A stretch of DNA of 61,929 nt, counting the filler. It is 8 parts of 8 records of this genome, joined end to end, with 100 filler letters (N's around TTAATTAATTAA, not from the genome) between each part and the next. Parts side by side here need not be neighbours in the genome. Positions count along the whole stretch, not along the records: positions 1 to 22,133 come from SRR7504441_6189; 7 more parts are not named here. One strand, given 5' to 3'. The notes beneath the pieces are model-generated. The model saw nothing but the letters and a program-made list of their open reading frames with translations. It ran no database searches and was not told the origin of the DNA. Each line of letters begins with the position of its first letter. Position 1 is the stretch's first letter. Made by a program: the position numbers and the translations under genes. Below, in pieces: positions 1 to 10,686 of the stretch.

Positions 1-123
1 CAGCTCCCGCAGCCGCTTCAGCTCCTCGTCTTTCTGCCTCAGCTCCTTGCGCTTCTGCTTCAGCTTCTCGTCCCGCCGCTCAACCTTCTGCTGGAGCTCC
101 CGCTCTCTTCGGATTGCCGCCAT
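1..123 (-). CDS. 5' part of a coiled-coil protein (runs off window start)
   Basis: ATG at 123 opens MAAIRRERELQQKVERRDEKLKQKRKELRQKDEELKRLREL with no stop before the edge; E/K/R/L heptad composition. Confidence 0.5.
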   Translation of the reverse strand, partial: MAAIRRERELQQKVERRDEKLKQKRKELRQKDEELKRLREL

Positions 124-453
124 CACTCTGCGAGTTCGTATTATGCAAGTAGAGTCTATACCACAAGGCCGTCTCACTCGGGATGAACGGTCATGAACCT
201 GGCCTCGCTCTATGGTGTAGATCTATACAATGGTTCTGTATCAACTCGTACGAGTTATTCTTGTAGTCGCAATGCTTAGAAAAGCCGATTAGCTTTACAA
301 TTTAAGTAAAGACTTCCTAATGAGATCACTAACTCTAACTAGTATTGAGCCAACTAGAGTTCTGGTAGAGTCATGGTCGGAGCCACCACGCATTCACGTA
401 GCATTCAGGTGCGCAGCTCATGAGCTGATGCATGCACTAAGACTCATGACTGA

Positions 454-3400
454 TCAAGACTGCGTGATCTTAACAAACACAGTGCCGTGGCTCGGGACAC
501 TCGTAGCGAAGCTGCCTTGCTTGGAGCCCAGATCCCGTCTGTTCCACAGATCGCGCACTGTTGCGACTCCCTTGATCCCAATATCTTCCCAATGGGCAGT
601 GACAGTAGCGTCAGTGGATCCGAGATTGAGGAGCACAACCCCCACCGACTTGCCATCGGACATCTTCTTCCGCCAGACCTCAGTGGTGGCGGTGGCATTG
701 ACAATCACACCCTGGACTGCCCCACCCAGCCCAAGGTCCTGATTGATGGCTGTGACCTCGCGATTGGCAAGGATCGCCAATGTTGTCGCGCTTGCACCGA
801 TCAGGTCTGTACCCGCCAAGAGCGGCGCGCCTGCTACGCTCCACAGGCTCATTTGCGAGTACTGCTCGGTCACAGTCAGTCCCACGTTCCCTACCTAGTA
901 AAGCCAGGCAGTAAGTATCACGCTGCTCGGGAGGGAATAGCTACTTGGAGCATGTCGGGATCGTTGAATTCGCCTGGCTTGGCCACAATGGCCATCTTGT
1001 TGTTCGCATGAATGTTGGACATTACCGAATCCCAGGTAGCCTGCACGTCTGAGGTGGTCCGCCACAGGTTGGCTAGCCCTCCTATCCACTGGCCACATCC
1101 AGCTGGGTCTCTGCAGTACTCGATCGACTTGACAACGTATCGGCCTGTGCGCTTGAAACAATCGTCAAATCCGTTCTTGAACAGCGCCCACGACTTGTTC
1201 TCGGCCGGCCAGTTGGCTCCACCGCAGTTATCATTCTTCAGATAGTCCAGCCCCCACTCGCAGTAGGTTGCAGCATCGATAAGTTCGTGCTTGTACGCTC
1301 CTGGCCGATTCTGGCAGGTCTTCGAGCCACGGGCGGTGTAAACTCCAAATTTGAGCCCATGGCTGTGAGCATAATCAGCCAACGCCTTGATTCCACTCGG
1401 AAAGCGGACTGGGTCCGGCTCAATGGTACCATCAGGATTACGCTCTACCTGCCACTACCCAAGGCTCGCGCAGCCAAGTGCGGGCACGTACGCAGTCATC
1501 GATGTTGATGTACTCGAACCCAGCTTGCTTCATCCCATTGCTTGCAATCGCATCGATTACCGCTTTTACAGTGTTTTCGTCGATGTTGCAGTGGTAAAAG
1601 TTCCAACTGCCACCCAATCAGGCCTTGGGCTAGCACAGAGCGCTGCCTGTTGAAGCCCATTGGAGGGCTTTGTATAGCTCCGCTCCGGACCTTGGGAGGA
1701 AGCTTCTCCGGCTCAGGCGCCGCTTCAATCATGTGGACAAACGGGCCAAGAGGCAGCGAGGCATTATTATACAGCACGCACTCGACAAAGTCCAGCCAGC
1801 CATAACGCACTCCTTTGGCCTGGCCCACGTTCCGCAGCTCGACCGACGAGCCCTGTACGCTTGTATTGTTGAGCGTTACCCGGGTCCAGTTGGCGCCGTT
1901 CGACACCTGAGAGCCAGTCGGGCCCGGCCTGCAGCCAAGGGCACCTCAAACGGCGCGGCCTGCGCACAGCACAAAGTGCAATTGTTCCAAGTGCCTGCCA
2001 CCGCTCAGCGCAGGGCTACGCGCTGCTGTACCATCGGGGTTTTGGCTTCGGATTGACTCGAGTCTCATTCCGATACTCGACCGGGCGGCAAAGCTGAGCT
2101 TGACTCGGTCAGAACTAACTGAGACTGACGTGAGTTCTGGGCCGGTCCAGAGCGGCTGTTGCTGGGCATAGGCTGAGTGCAAGGTCTGGAGGGCCAGCCT
2201 GTGTGCCATTTGATTCTTATTGGGTGGATGATCAAACCCCCAGCCGCTCTTCCCGCCCTGGCCTCGCTCAGCCCTCGAGCGCACCCAAGCGCACCATATC
2301 AATCCCAACCGCCACCCCGCTGATGTCAGTGAGTCCATTCGGGTGCGGTAGCGTCTGGGCCTCGGCTAGTCGGATTTCCATCCTGCCACTGTACGGTTAC
2401 ACCTTCCAATCAGCCAAAACAAAGACCTGCCGGTGCCCATCTGCGCAGCGTAGCTCGTACCGGCCTGCACTCGGCTCAACTTGGCTCAACAGCAGCCTGA
2501 CCGGCACGGAAGGTGGGAGCTGCATGGTCACAAATCCAAAGTCTCCCATAGCCTTGCGCGACCTCCAGTCCTTGATCATCGCCTGGAGCATCACTGCATA
2601 GTACTCAGTCTGGTCGATCCCCTCAATCTTCTGATCTGCGTTGGCCTCGCCCTGGTACCACAGAGCTGCCCGCACAGCAAACTGGTTCCAGGGTGCAATC
2701 ATCGCGTTGTACAGCACCGTCGCGCTGTTCTGGCCAGCCCGCGCTGGCACCACCTTTCCAAAGCTACCTGTGCCGGCGATTGCCTCCTTGGACATCCAGG
2801 CCTCCACTCGGGTCCCGCCCCACGCTGACTGGATCAGCGCCGTTGGACGGTCTCTAGTGTGCATCTGGGCAATGTCTCGAACAGTCATGAAACAAACGGC
2901 GGAGAACTTGTTGATGAACCCGTTTGCCGCCTCGGCCGCCGTCAGCCAGCGGTTGCAGTCTGCAGGGCGGTCGGCGTCGCAGCTGGTGTTGGTGGCGAAA
3001 TCAAACTGCGGCTGGTCGGCGAAAGCTCGGCCGGTCATAAAGAACCGGAAGTTGGGGAAACGGGCGAGTGTTTTGGCTTCCAGGGAGGCGTTGTAAGCCA
3101 GATCGAGCGGGAAGACCATATTAGACTGGCCACTACAGAAGAAAACATCCCCGAAGTGCACTTGGCGGGCTTCTACGGCCGGTGAGCCCGAGGCGCCGCG
3201 CACCGAGATGTTGCACGGGCTGTGCGAGCTCGACGGGTTGAGCTGCACGGTCCAACGGCCGGAAGGATCCGCCGTGGTGGCGTACTCGCCCCCAAAGTGG
3301 CTCATCCCACCGGAGACGCTCACCGTGACTCGTTCGCCGGGGTCGGCACGGCCGTTGAGGAAGGCCCGGGCCCCGTACTCGCTGTTGGTCTGGAGCACCA

Positions 3401-3500
3401 TGTGGTCGCCGAACCAGCTTGGAAGCGAGACACGCGCCTGAACCGGAGCCAGTGCGAGCACGGCCACAGCCAACAGTGTCCTCATGGTATTATCCGACAT
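454..3500 (-). CDS. Secreted fusion: sialate O-acetylesterase-like SGNH esterase (N-terminal) + GH27 alpha-galactosidase (C-terminal), multi-exon
   Basis: Signal peptide; esterase motifs DVFFCSGQSNM, ALWYQGEANA, DHPPNK; after removing short introns the frame continues into GH27 motifs PPMGFNSWN, YINIDDCW, GLKFGVY, DYLKNDNC, WRTTSD, NDPDML and the C-terminal beta-sandwich (VRDLW...VPSHG). Confidence 0.85.
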
Positions 3501-3604
3501 TCTGAGACGGAGGGACCGAGCCGGCGGGATTCGGATTGCCGTTATTCTATCAACGGCACTGCGGAATCGCCGGGCTGCGCCGATTCGACCGACTCTAGGT
3601 CGGC

Positions 3605-4819
3605 ATGCGCGCTTTCGTCCGGCCCTTGAGCTGTGCTGCTAAGCAGCCCTGCGGCGCGCTGTCTGTGTGCGATCAGCTGCCCTGCCCAGTCTACGACCAC
3701 GGGCTGATCCAAGACGCGGATTCAAATATCGTGCTCTCCGGCGGATTCTCGCACAAATGGGTCCCTCCTCTGCCCCGCCGCTTGCCCTGGCCACTCATGC
3801 ACTGTGTGCAGACATACGACGCTCTGGATGCTGGGGACTACCTGACAGGCCCGATGGCGACGCGACGCTGGTCGTGGGGGTCAGCCTCGCACCTAGGCCA
3901 GCTGCTGGAGCCTGCTTCCCGGACGCAGCCGTGGCCAGTCAGCCGCGGCGCACACAGCATGTGCAACACCCGGGCAGGGATAGTACTCTTTGGAGGATTC
4001 GGGGGCCAAAACGAGACGCTGGGCGACCTTTGGCTGCTGAGAGTCGGGAGCGACCGTTGGGAGCGGCCTGAAGTTCGGGGCGACCCACCGTTAGCTCGCT
4101 CAGGCCACTCGATGAGCGCGCTGCCCGGTGGGCGAGGCTGCGTGCTGTTTGGCGGGTACTCGGACATGGGACCACTGCAGGATGTTAGCCTTTTACAGTG
4201 CGATGACCGAGGAGGCCTCTCCTGGCAGCAGGCCACGACTGACCAAAGCGAGAGCGAGATCCCCGATGCGCGCTGCGCTCACACGATGACCGTGGATGTG
4301 ACCGACGGTAGCTTGTGGTTGTTTGGCGGCTACTTTGCCAGCCCGTGCAACGATCTGTGGCGCCTGGAGGTGGACCAGGAAAGCGCGAGTGTGAGGTGGC
4401 AGCAAATGGCTGGCGGCAGCAGCACAGAGGCAGCTGACAGCAGCATCTCCCGAGGCAGTGGACAATGGCCCGCGGCGCGTTCCGGTCACGTGAGCGCGAT
4501 GATGAGGTATGGCGGAGGTCAGTCTCTGCTGGTGTATGGAGGGGTGGGCGACTTTGATCCTGAAGGGGCCCAGACCCTGTACGATGACGCTTGGCTGCTG
4601 CACATGCCGGCTGTAGCTTCTAGCTCCTCGCCTGTGCAATGGCAGCCTTTGAGCTTGTCCAAGCCAACTGAATCCGAGACGAGTCCAGTGTACAACCAGA
4701 AGGGCGTGGTGATCAATGTGGGCCACGATGAATCGCCGCAGCAAGCACTGCTAGTGACTGGTGGAGTGGACAGGCAGGACACACCCACAGCGAACGCAGC
4801 ATTGTTGACTGTAATATGA
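3605..4819 (+). CDS. Kelch-repeat beta-propeller protein
   Basis: Repeated R-x-[AG]H-S/T...LFGG...DLW motifs; a short in-frame intron near the 5' end is possible. Confidence 0.85.
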   Translation: MRAFVRPLSCAAKQPCGALSVCDQLPCPVYDHGLIQDADSNIVLSGGFSHKWVPPLPRRLPWPLMHCVQTYDALDAGDYLTGPMATRRWSWGSASHLGQLLEPASRTQPWPVSRGAHSMCNTRAGIVLFGGFGGQNETLGDLWLLRVGSDRWERPEVRGDPPLARSGHSMSALPGGRGCVLFGGYSDMGPLQDVSLLQCDDRGGLSWQQATTDQSESEIPDARCAHTMTVDVTDGSLWLFGGYFASPCNDLWRLEVDQESASVRWQQMAGGSSTEAADSSISRGSGQWPAARSGHVSAMMRYGGGQSLLVYGGVGDFDPEGAQTLYDDAWLLHMPAVASSSSPVQWQPLSLSKPTESETSPVYNQKGVVINVGHDESPQQALLVTGGVDRQDTPTANAALLTVI

Positions 4820-4961
4820 TATCAATATATAGGGGAGTATAGATGCTTCGCATCAGTACATTATCAGTACGTATACTATCAAGTATATACGCAGCCGTGA
4901 GCAACGGCTCGTACGTTAGACCGACTCCGATCTGGGCAGCCCGCGGTCGGTCACGGTGAGC

Positions 4962-6008
4962 ATGCCTGCGGTGAAGCCCAACAGGGTGTTCGTCAGTGCG
5001 CTGGAGGCGGCGGCCGACGGATCCGCGGAGAGGCTGCGCCGGGGGATCAGGGCGCTCCACGGGGACGGAAACTTCCGAGGCTGGAAGGCGTTCGAGCCCG
5101 GGGACCCGCACCACAGGACCCTGCTGATGGCCGCCGCTCACCGCGGGCAACCCGAGTGCGTCCAGCTGCTGATCGAGGCCGGGGCCGAGCTGGACACAGC
5201 GCTGGACGCGTTTACATACACCGAACCCCGCAGCAAGTATCACTCGGGAGGTCGGAGGCTGGTCAAAGTCTCGGCGCTGGCGCTGGCATGTGGGGATGAC
5301 TCGCCGGGGCACATAGAAAGCACCGCCCTGCTGATCGCTGCTGGTGCCAACCCCTCCGCAACGGGTCTAGATGTCTGGCAGAGGCTCAGCTACCGGGCGC
5401 TAGCCCCCGGCAAAGGCTCAGGGGCTGGTGACCTCCAGCTATGCATGCTCCTGGCGGCCGGATCTCACTCCCTCAGAGGCACGGCAACTGCACAGCTAGT
5501 GCTGAACAAGGCACGGCAACTGCCGTGGCTCAGCCGCATGCTCAGAGGGCCGGTACATGCGGATGACGAGCGGCTGTGGATCACTGCGCACGTGCTCGCT
5601 GTCTGCCCGCAGCTAGAGCAATGCCTCCTTCAAAAGCACCCGGACCTGCTCGAGAGAGCCACAGCGCACTGCCAGCGGGCGATAGAAGCGATAGGGCAAA
5701 CCACCAGCCTGGCCGAATGGACGGATGTGGCGCACGGACTATGGCACGATCCCCTGGTGTGCCCAGGGCCCACGCGAGCAGCTGTATGGACGCTCCGAAC
5801 CACCCGGGCGCGGGACAGGATCGCGGCGGCCAACGGAAGAGCCAGGAGTGTGTTTGGGCAGCTGCCGGGCCCGATCATGATCATGATCCAAGAGTGGGTC
5901 AGGCTGTTGAGTCTGCCGAGACCGTTACGGATAGCGTGCGGCGTCATCCCTGCATTGCAAGATCAAGCCAACGTGCTCCGGGACCAGTGGAGAACTCGCA
6001 ACTCATAG
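4962..6008 (+). CDS. Ankyrin-repeat protein
   Basis: TLLMAAAHRGQPECVQLLIEAGAELD and SALALAC...ALLIAAGANP; first ATG at 4962. Confidence 0.7.
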   Translation: MPAVKPNRVFVSALEAAADGSAERLRRGIRALHGDGNFRGWKAFEPGDPHHRTLLMAAAHRGQPECVQLLIEAGAELDTALDAFTYTEPRSKYHSGGRRLVKVSALALACGDDSPGHIESTALLIAAGANPSATGLDVWQRLSYRALAPGKGSGAGDLQLCMLLAAGSHSLRGTATAQLVLNKARQLPWLSRMLRGPVHADDERLWITAHVLAVCPQLEQCLLQKHPDLLERATAHCQRAIEAIGQTTSLAEWTDVAHGLWHDPLVCPGPTRAAVWTLRTTRARDRIAAANGRARSVFGQLPGPIMIMIQEWVRLLSLPRPLRIACGVIPALQDQANVLRDQWRTRNS

Positions 6009-6058
6009 CATACCATACTATGCATTTAATATTCCATTAAAATGCCGTTAAAACATAT

Positions 6059-6898
6059 TCACGCCTTGGTACAAACGCAAAACATAAACGAGGCGGTCGG
6101 GGCAAACTTGTCAGTAGGAAATCGACCATAATTAAGCCCCTCCTCCCCAAACCGCCAGAACTCGAGCCCAGTCCAGCCATGCTCCGTCAGCGCCTCCGAG
6201 GCCTCCGCCCGACTCAGCGCGTTGTCTAGCGCACCCGGCGTGGCCCTACCAGTTTCGCTTTCGGAGGCGTCCATGAACTGCAGGACGAGCACGCTCCCAG
6301 CAGCCGCCGCTGCGCTCACATCTTTGATCAGCTTGAACTTACCCTCCAGGCCCAGGTACATGACCAGCCCCTCGGACAGGAACAGACTCGGCTCGCTGGA
6401 GTTAAAACCGTTGCTCTCGAGCTCGGCCGCCAGGGAAGTCTCCTCGCTCTTGAAGTCGAGTTCTATATTGGTCACGGGGCAGTGGGGGGTAGGCGACCCC
6501 AGGAAGTCGGCAAACACGGTGCGTTTACCCGCCTGCACAATCGGCATGTCCACGTCGTATGCGCCCAGCCGGAACTGGCTGTAGCACTCGAGCCGATACG
6601 CCCGGGTGTCCATCCCAGCGCCGCAATTGACCAGCTGGGCTAGCGGCCCGGCGTGTTGGGCCACTCGCTCGTCGATGAACCGGGTGCGGACCGCCACCCA
6701 CTCCCGGTGGAACTCGGGCCAGCCCGGGAGCTCGAAGAGCGCGGCCATGCCACAAAAGTTTTCCGAGAGTTTCTCGCCCTTGCTGCCGGCCAGGGCCGAG
6801 GCGAACGGGTCATCAAACAACCGGTCGGGCCGCTGGCTCTCGAGGTGCCGCTCCCATGCAATCATCATCGCGCTGTCGTTGGTGAACTCGTCTACCAT
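6059..6898 (-). CDS. SAM-dependent methyltransferase, LCM/O-methyltransferase family
   Basis: DRLFDDPFA, AVRTRFID, QLVNCGAGMDTRAYRL and LSEGLVMYL motifs; intronless. Confidence 0.85.
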   Translation of the reverse strand: MVDEFTNDSAMMIAWERHLESQRPDRLFDDPFASALAGSKGEKLSENFCGMAALFELPGWPEFHREWVAVRTRFIDERVAQHAGPLAQLVNCGAGMDTRAYRLECYSQFRLGAYDVDMPIVQAGKRTVFADFLGSPTPHCPVTNIELDFKSEETSLAAELESNGFNSSEPSLFLSEGLVMYLGLEGKFKLIKDVSAAAAAGSVLVLQFMDASESETGRATPGALDNALSRAEASEALTEHGWTGLEFWRFGEEGLNYGRFPTDKFAPTASFMFCVCTKA

Positions 6899-7018
6899 GT
6901 TGCAGCAATATCTGGTCGGCCCCGGCACACTTGAAGTTCGTTATTCCCAGAAAGCTGGTAGGTTTCCAACTGGCTGAAAGTGATAAGTCAGCTGCCGGTC
7001 TCGGTTCACTCACAAAAG

Positions 7019-9690
7019 ATGGGCGAGCCGAGCTCCCCCTTCCAGCTGTCTCGCGAGCTCGACCAACACGAGCAGGACGTGCGAGGGGTGGCCAGCCTGC
7101 CCAACGGCATGATCGTCACCGGCTCCCGCGACGACATGGTCCGAGTGTGGCCGGACCAGCCCTCATCCGGTCAGGAGAGTCCGGGGTTCCAGCTGCCCGG
7201 GCACACCCACTTCATCTACTCTGTGCACACCGGCCCAGATGGCCGGATCGTGTCGGGCGACGGGGACGGCAAGATTATCCTCTGGGACCTGGGCACCGGC
7301 GGCCCGGCCGCTAGCCTGGCCGGGCACAGCGACGCGGCCACCCAGCGGCGGGCGGTCACCGGCCTCGCACTGCACGAGGGCCAGCTGGCGTCGTGCGGTT
7401 GGGACCACACGGTGCGGGTGTGGAGCGCGGTGCCCGGGGCCGACGGCCAGTACGCGGTCCAGCGGATGCTCAAGGGCCACGAGGCCGCGGTGTGGGGGGT
7501 GGTGGTTCTGCCGGACGGCACGGTGGTCTCCTGCTCGGCCGATAAGACCATCAAGCTCTGGAACGGGGACGGGTGCACCAAGACTCTCACCGGGCACACC
7601 GACGCGGTCCGCGGGCTGGCAGTGCTCCCAGAGCTGAGCATGTTTGTTTCTGTATCCAATGATGGTTCGCTGAGGGCGTGGGGGTTCGACGGGGCGTTAG
7701 TCCAGGTGACCCAGGCGCACGACCATTTCATCTACGCTGTGGCCTGCAACCCGAGCACGAATGAGACATTCACTGTGGGTGAGGACCGCACCCTCAAGGT
7801 GTGGGGGCCGGACTTCACATGCCGGCAGAGCGTCCCACACCCGGCCATCATCTGGTCGGTGGCGGTCACCGGCGCCGGGGACGTCATCACCGGGGCGGCC
7901 GACCACATAGCCCGGGTCTGGACCCGGAGCCCGGAGCGAGTCGGGTCGGCTGAGCTGATCGAGCTTTACTCTGGGAGGATGTCGGCAGCCACCATGAGCA
8001 GTAACGACATTGACGGCGGGATTCCGGCCGACAAGATCGAGCAGCCGTCCGCCCTCCAGCTGCCGCCGGCGCCCGGCCAGGTTCGCACTGGCGGCGGCAG
8101 CGCTGAGTGTGGGGCTGTGCAGGCTCAGAAGTTCATCCGTGAGCCCTCGGGCCAGGTTGGGGTCTACTCGTGGAGCGCTGCGGCTGCTAAGTGGGAGAAA
8201 ATCGGCGATGTGGTCGAGGCGCCGTCAGGTGCGCCGAAACTCTGTGGACTGGCTGAGCGGTCAGTGCAGGCGGGAGTGGGGCGGGCGTGCAGCAGCTCGG
8301 GGATGACGGGCAGATGTACGATCACATCTTCCCTGTCGAGCTCGATGGGTACGGCGCGATGAAGCTGTGCTACAACCAGCAGGACAACGCGTACACAGTG
8401 GCTGAGAAGTTCGTCCTCAAGCACAACCTGGGCGTCCACTTGATGGAGCAAATAGTCAAGTTTATTATGGCAAACACCCCCGACGTCGGCACCGCCGCCA
8501 GCAACTCGGGCAACTGCTACACGAGCCCAGCCGCTGCCGGGGGGGGCGGCGGTGGATTCAACCCGTTCGGGCAGCAGCCCGGGGCCGTGGCGGGCCAGCC
8601 GCTGGCTCAGGTGCTCGAGCCCGTAGGCTGCTGCCTCACTTGTCTGTAGGTGGGAACCGGCAACAGCATTGGCGCCCAGGCGTACGGCTTCACTTCGATC
8701 TTAGACCAGCCACTCGCCCAGTGCGGGACTGCAGGCGCCAGCACACAGAGCCAGCAGGCTCCGGCTCCGGCTGCGGGCGCGCCCGCTCAAGGCAACAGAA
8801 AGCACTTTCCCAAGACGCAGCCCCTACGTTTCGCAACTGACGCGGGCACGCTCGGGAAGATGCTGACCAAGATCATGCAGATGGCCGAGGTGCGCGGGCA
8901 TAGGGCCCTGCGGAGGTGGGGCAGGCCGACGGAGAGCTGTTGAGGCCCACAGATCCCGACCATCTGAAGGCGTTGTTTGAGACGCTTTCGAAGTCGTCGT
9001 TCTACCACACCACCAGTATCACCGACTACCAGCTCGGCAGTGTGCTGGTGCCCCTCGCCCCCTGGTCTGGCTGAGCCTGAGCTGCAGCACGGGCTGAATG
9101 CGGCTCGCGAGTCGACATTTCCGTTTATAGACACTGCGCGTGCAATGCTGCTGCACCCAGAAGGTGCCCAAAAGCTGCTCACCGCACCGCACATGGCCAA
9201 GCTTCTCCAGCTGGGAGCGTTGGACGGGCAGGCGCCAGTCAACATCGGTCTGGTCCTCAAGCTCTGTGCCAACATCTTCTGCACCGACCAAGGGGTCGGC
9301 TTCCTTGCAGCCAACCCGCCGACCCTGCTCAGTGTGATCCAGTACGCCGGATCATGCGCCCAGACGGGCAAGGCGGCGGCTCGGTTGGCTGGTGCGTCCG
9401 TGCTGCTCAACCTGTCCGCTGTGTACAGCAAGAGCCAAGAACTCAAGGCATGTTGGTCGACAGAGTGCACAGAGCAGGCTGTGCTGGCGCTCACGGCCTA
9501 CATGACGGCTCAGGAGGACCAGGAGGTAGTCTACCGGGCGATTGTGGCTGCGGGTACTCTGGCGATCTCGGGCGCCGAGGTGTTCCAGGCGCAGGGCGGC
9601 CAGCTGGTCGGTACACTGATGGCGCATGCCGGATCGAGTTCGCAGAAGGTAGCGGAGGTTGTGGCTGAGATCGACAACTGTGCCGGATGA
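7019..9690 (+). CDS. PLAA: Phospholipase A2-activating protein / Doa1 (Ufd3) homolog (WD40-PFU-PUL), multi-exon
   Basis: WD40 repeats (HEQDVRGV, GHTDAVRGL), WEKIGDVV, PFU (YDHIFPVELD...YNQQDNAYTVAEKF), PUL (FPFIDTAR, YRAIVAAGTL); short GT-AG introns between 8081 and ~9085. Confidence 0.9.
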
Positions 9691-9948
9691 AGTCATAGCG
9701 TATTGTACGAGTACATGTACCGTACTCGTACTTTAGTAGTACAAGAAAAGGACGTGCGTACGCCCATTGTAGTTTTACACGTATGCGAAATCTTTTATGT
9801 TATATTTTTGCTATTGCAATAAACTACCGGCTCGAGAACAGTCACTCGCGTTCAATGTGTATTTCGGTTTATTGCTTCTACGAGTATAATGTGCACAATT
9901 GCTCAAGTGCAAAAGGGAATAAAATCGACGTTTCCTCGTCGTACGTAA

Positions 9949-10552
9949 TCATCTCCACGAGCCACAGCTAGGCACCATAGCCGCCAGTGGTATACAGCGC
10001 ATCCTCTGCCCCCGCAGATCAGCCTCGCGGGCGGCCCGGGCCCACCGTGCACTCGCTGGTACTTCTCCAAGTCTAGGCGAGCCACCGTCAGCTGCCCGCC
10101 GATCGGCCGGGCCGGGGCGGGGGGCGGGCACCATCTGCATGAGCACCTCGTTCCGGTACTTTAGCATATTGTTCTCCGAGCTCAGCTTTGTCACCCGCTG
10201 GTGAAGCTCCCTGTTCTCCTCCTCCACAGTCAGCGTCCGCCCGGCCATCGACGTAGTCTCTGCCAGCGGCCTGACCGGGGCCGGGGCCGGGGAGGGGCAC
10301 CCTCCACCCATCGTCCATTCACAAACCGCACCCGCACCATCCCGAGGTCCAGCGAGACCGGATCGTGCTTCATCGGCTCCTGCCCGGCCGCTCTCTCCCC
10401 GTCCCCTGGCCGCGGGTTCGCACCCGGCGCTGGGCGTGGGTCTGAGCGTGCTGCTCGATCCGGGCCTGGAGCGAGTCGACTGCCGACTGGCGGAGCGAGT
10501 CAGGCTGCGCCGCGTCCAGCCCGACCGCCGGCCCTGGGTTGAGCCCGGACAT
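9949..10552 (-). CDS. Chibby-like coiled-coil protein, multi-exon (3' end uncertain)
   Basis: Spliced model gives PVSLDLGMVRVRFVNGRWVE then ENNMLKYRNEVLMQMLT, matching the Chibby pattern L-x-F-x-x-G-x-W and ENNLLxLKxDILLDML. Confidence 0.6.
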
Positions 10553-10686
10553 CTCTGCTGCGCACCTGGGTTTGGGCGTTTGAGTTTTGTTGCTATTTCC
10601 GACATTGGGTTGGCAGGCCGTTGGGTTTGCCGGTGCAAGGATTCCGTTGCTGCGATCAGTTGGCGAGCGAGCGCGCCAAACTCTCC

